A DNA stretch of 23,228 nucleotides, from contig NW_021823617.1 in the NCBI RefSeq assembly GCF_006345805.1, positions 1-23,228 of the forward strand. Reading direction: 5' to 3'. Below are positions 21,681 to 23,228 of the stretch, one piece after another. This DNA comes from Octopus sinensis (taxonomy: Eukaryota). Each line of letters opens with the position of its first letter. Within the stretch, counting starts at the first letter, position 1. Below the pieces are notes generated by a model, which did not search any database, was not told the origin of the DNA, and saw only the letters and a list, made by a program, of their open reading frames with translations. The position numbers and the translations under genes were made by a program.

Positions 21681-22460
21681 TACCTCTGGATATCCTTGTT
21701 CGTTATTTTGATATATTTATATATGGATGTATATAATATATAACCTTATAAGTATATTTATAAAACCATATTAAGAGCACAAGGCTATTCTTACAAGCCA
21801 AGCCACATGCTGAAAGAAGGCGCCAAATGGCGCAAAACTGCCTCATGTAAACACGCACTGAAAGCGAGGAAATAAACGAAAAGATTCAGTGTTGTAAGAC
21901 TAGCTTTTGTTCTTAATATAGATATATATACGTATAAAATTATATATTCTATTAATTTTTTACCTTAATTGGTTATTACATGCTGACTATGTGATAAAAT
22001 CAAATATAGATTGTATCCTTAATTTTAATTTATATATATATATATAAACTTGATTTCGAAACGTACGTCCGTGGATAACTAAAAAAATGTATGATAGATT
22101 GCAGTCAATTCATTCTCTCTTACCTGTTTGTGCCTTCCAAATGCTGCTTTTACTGAGATCTCCCTTTTTAGTAGAAGAAATAGCTATAACCCTTTGACTG
22201 CTATTTCTAAATTCGGTATGTGGTAAGGCAACTCGTTGCTAAACCCTTATTGCTTAGTATTACTTAAATTTTCCTCGAATGAGGCTTTTACATGCCGAAG
22301 ACTACTTGGTTAATTGATATTTTTCCAAATTAATTAATTTCACCCTTCATTATTACGGATATATATATATATATATAGATATATATATATATATAAATTG
22401 ACAAAATGAGGTAAAAAATCCAAGGCTACAAGTAGTTTTCAGAACATATATAAAGAAAAG

Positions 22461-22508
22461 GTCTAACAGCTGTTTCCGGGATATTTATAAATCCCTTGGT
22501 CAGGTGAC
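22461..22508 (-). ncRNA. Mutated minimal hammerhead motif (PLE type)
   Basis: GUCAC-CUGACCA-A-GGGAU(UUAUAAAU)AUCCC-G-GAAA-CAGCUG-UU-AGAC; G8 of the core is replaced by C. Confidence 0.55.
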
Positions 22509-22628
22509 GGTGCGAGAAAATGCTTGAGGCATTAATTAATGTAGAGAAGATATACACCATTACCCTGATACCCTCGATATCTCTCTTTCTCTTTCTCTCT
22601 CTCTCTCTCACTCTATCTCTTACTTTTG

Positions 22629-22821
<193 letters not shown>

Positions 22822-23228
22822 CTCTTTTACTCTTTACTTGTTTCAGCATCCGGCTGAGGCCATGCTGGGGCACCGCCCTTGTTGCTACCCTCTCTAAGTC
22901 CAGTTTGCCGTGGCTGGCCACTGATCTAAGAGAAGAGTTTGTAGCTGCTGCCCTTAGGTTCCCTTCGTACCTTTCAGTGGGTTCATCTGGGATCCCGGAA
23001 AGCAGCTTGTCTAGATGTTTTTTGAAAATGTCCACATCCGCATCATGTAGATCTCTTAGTTTTCTTGGCAGTTTGTTGAACGCTGAGGGCCCTGAACTCC
23101 AGGCTATTACAGTATCTGCTCCTTACCCTGGATGTGGAAGACGGGACCTTTGGCACCACACAGTTGACGTCCTGTACGGGGATTGGAACAGCTCTCAATT
23201 CCAAAATTTGGTGCTAGTCCCTCCAGGA
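22822..23228 (-). mobile_element. CR1-group (CR1/L2-like) LINE 3' end: frameshifted ORF2 C-terminus plus 3' UTR; continues beyond the window
   Basis: Translates with small frameshifts as LEGLAPNFGIESCSNPRTGR/CVVPKVPSSTSRVRSRYCNSLEFR/GP..FNKLPRKLRDLHDADVDIFKKHLDKLLSGIPDEPTERYEGNLRAAATNS, the typical post-RT region; ends in a GTAAAAGA-type tandem tail. Confidence 0.88.

Noticed and set aside
22274-22305. GAATGA-GGC-ttttacat-GCC-GAAG hammerhead-like string
   Set aside because: Both conserved boxes are mutated and the stem is only 3 bp; indistinguishable from chance.

Overview
Eukaryotic, AT-rich, microsatellite-saturated non-coding DNA with no complete protein-coding gene. The repeat families look like those I recall from octopus (coleoid cephalopod) genomes; this is an inference, not a database result. 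Nearly all supplied ORFs are translations of (TA)n, (CATA)n, (TATC)n, (AAT)n or (GA)n tracts. The non-simple sequence is a mosaic of mobile elements: three tRNA-derived SINE families, two CR1-group LINE 3' fragments (one shares its 3' tail with the commonest SINE), a mariner-derived MITE, a Tc2/pogo-like MITE nested in a SINE, two non-autonomous Helitrons and an (ACAT)n-associated short element. The most notable signal is a set of Penelope-like element (PLE) remnants carrying minimal type I hammerhead ribozyme motifs. One second copy begins exactly at the predicted self-cleavage site, and a ~950-bp palindrome carries a hammerhead remnant, a 66-nt GT-AG intron and an ATG. A strong 43-nt minus-strand exon candidate (13148-13190) suggests the window may be intronic to a minus-strand gene.
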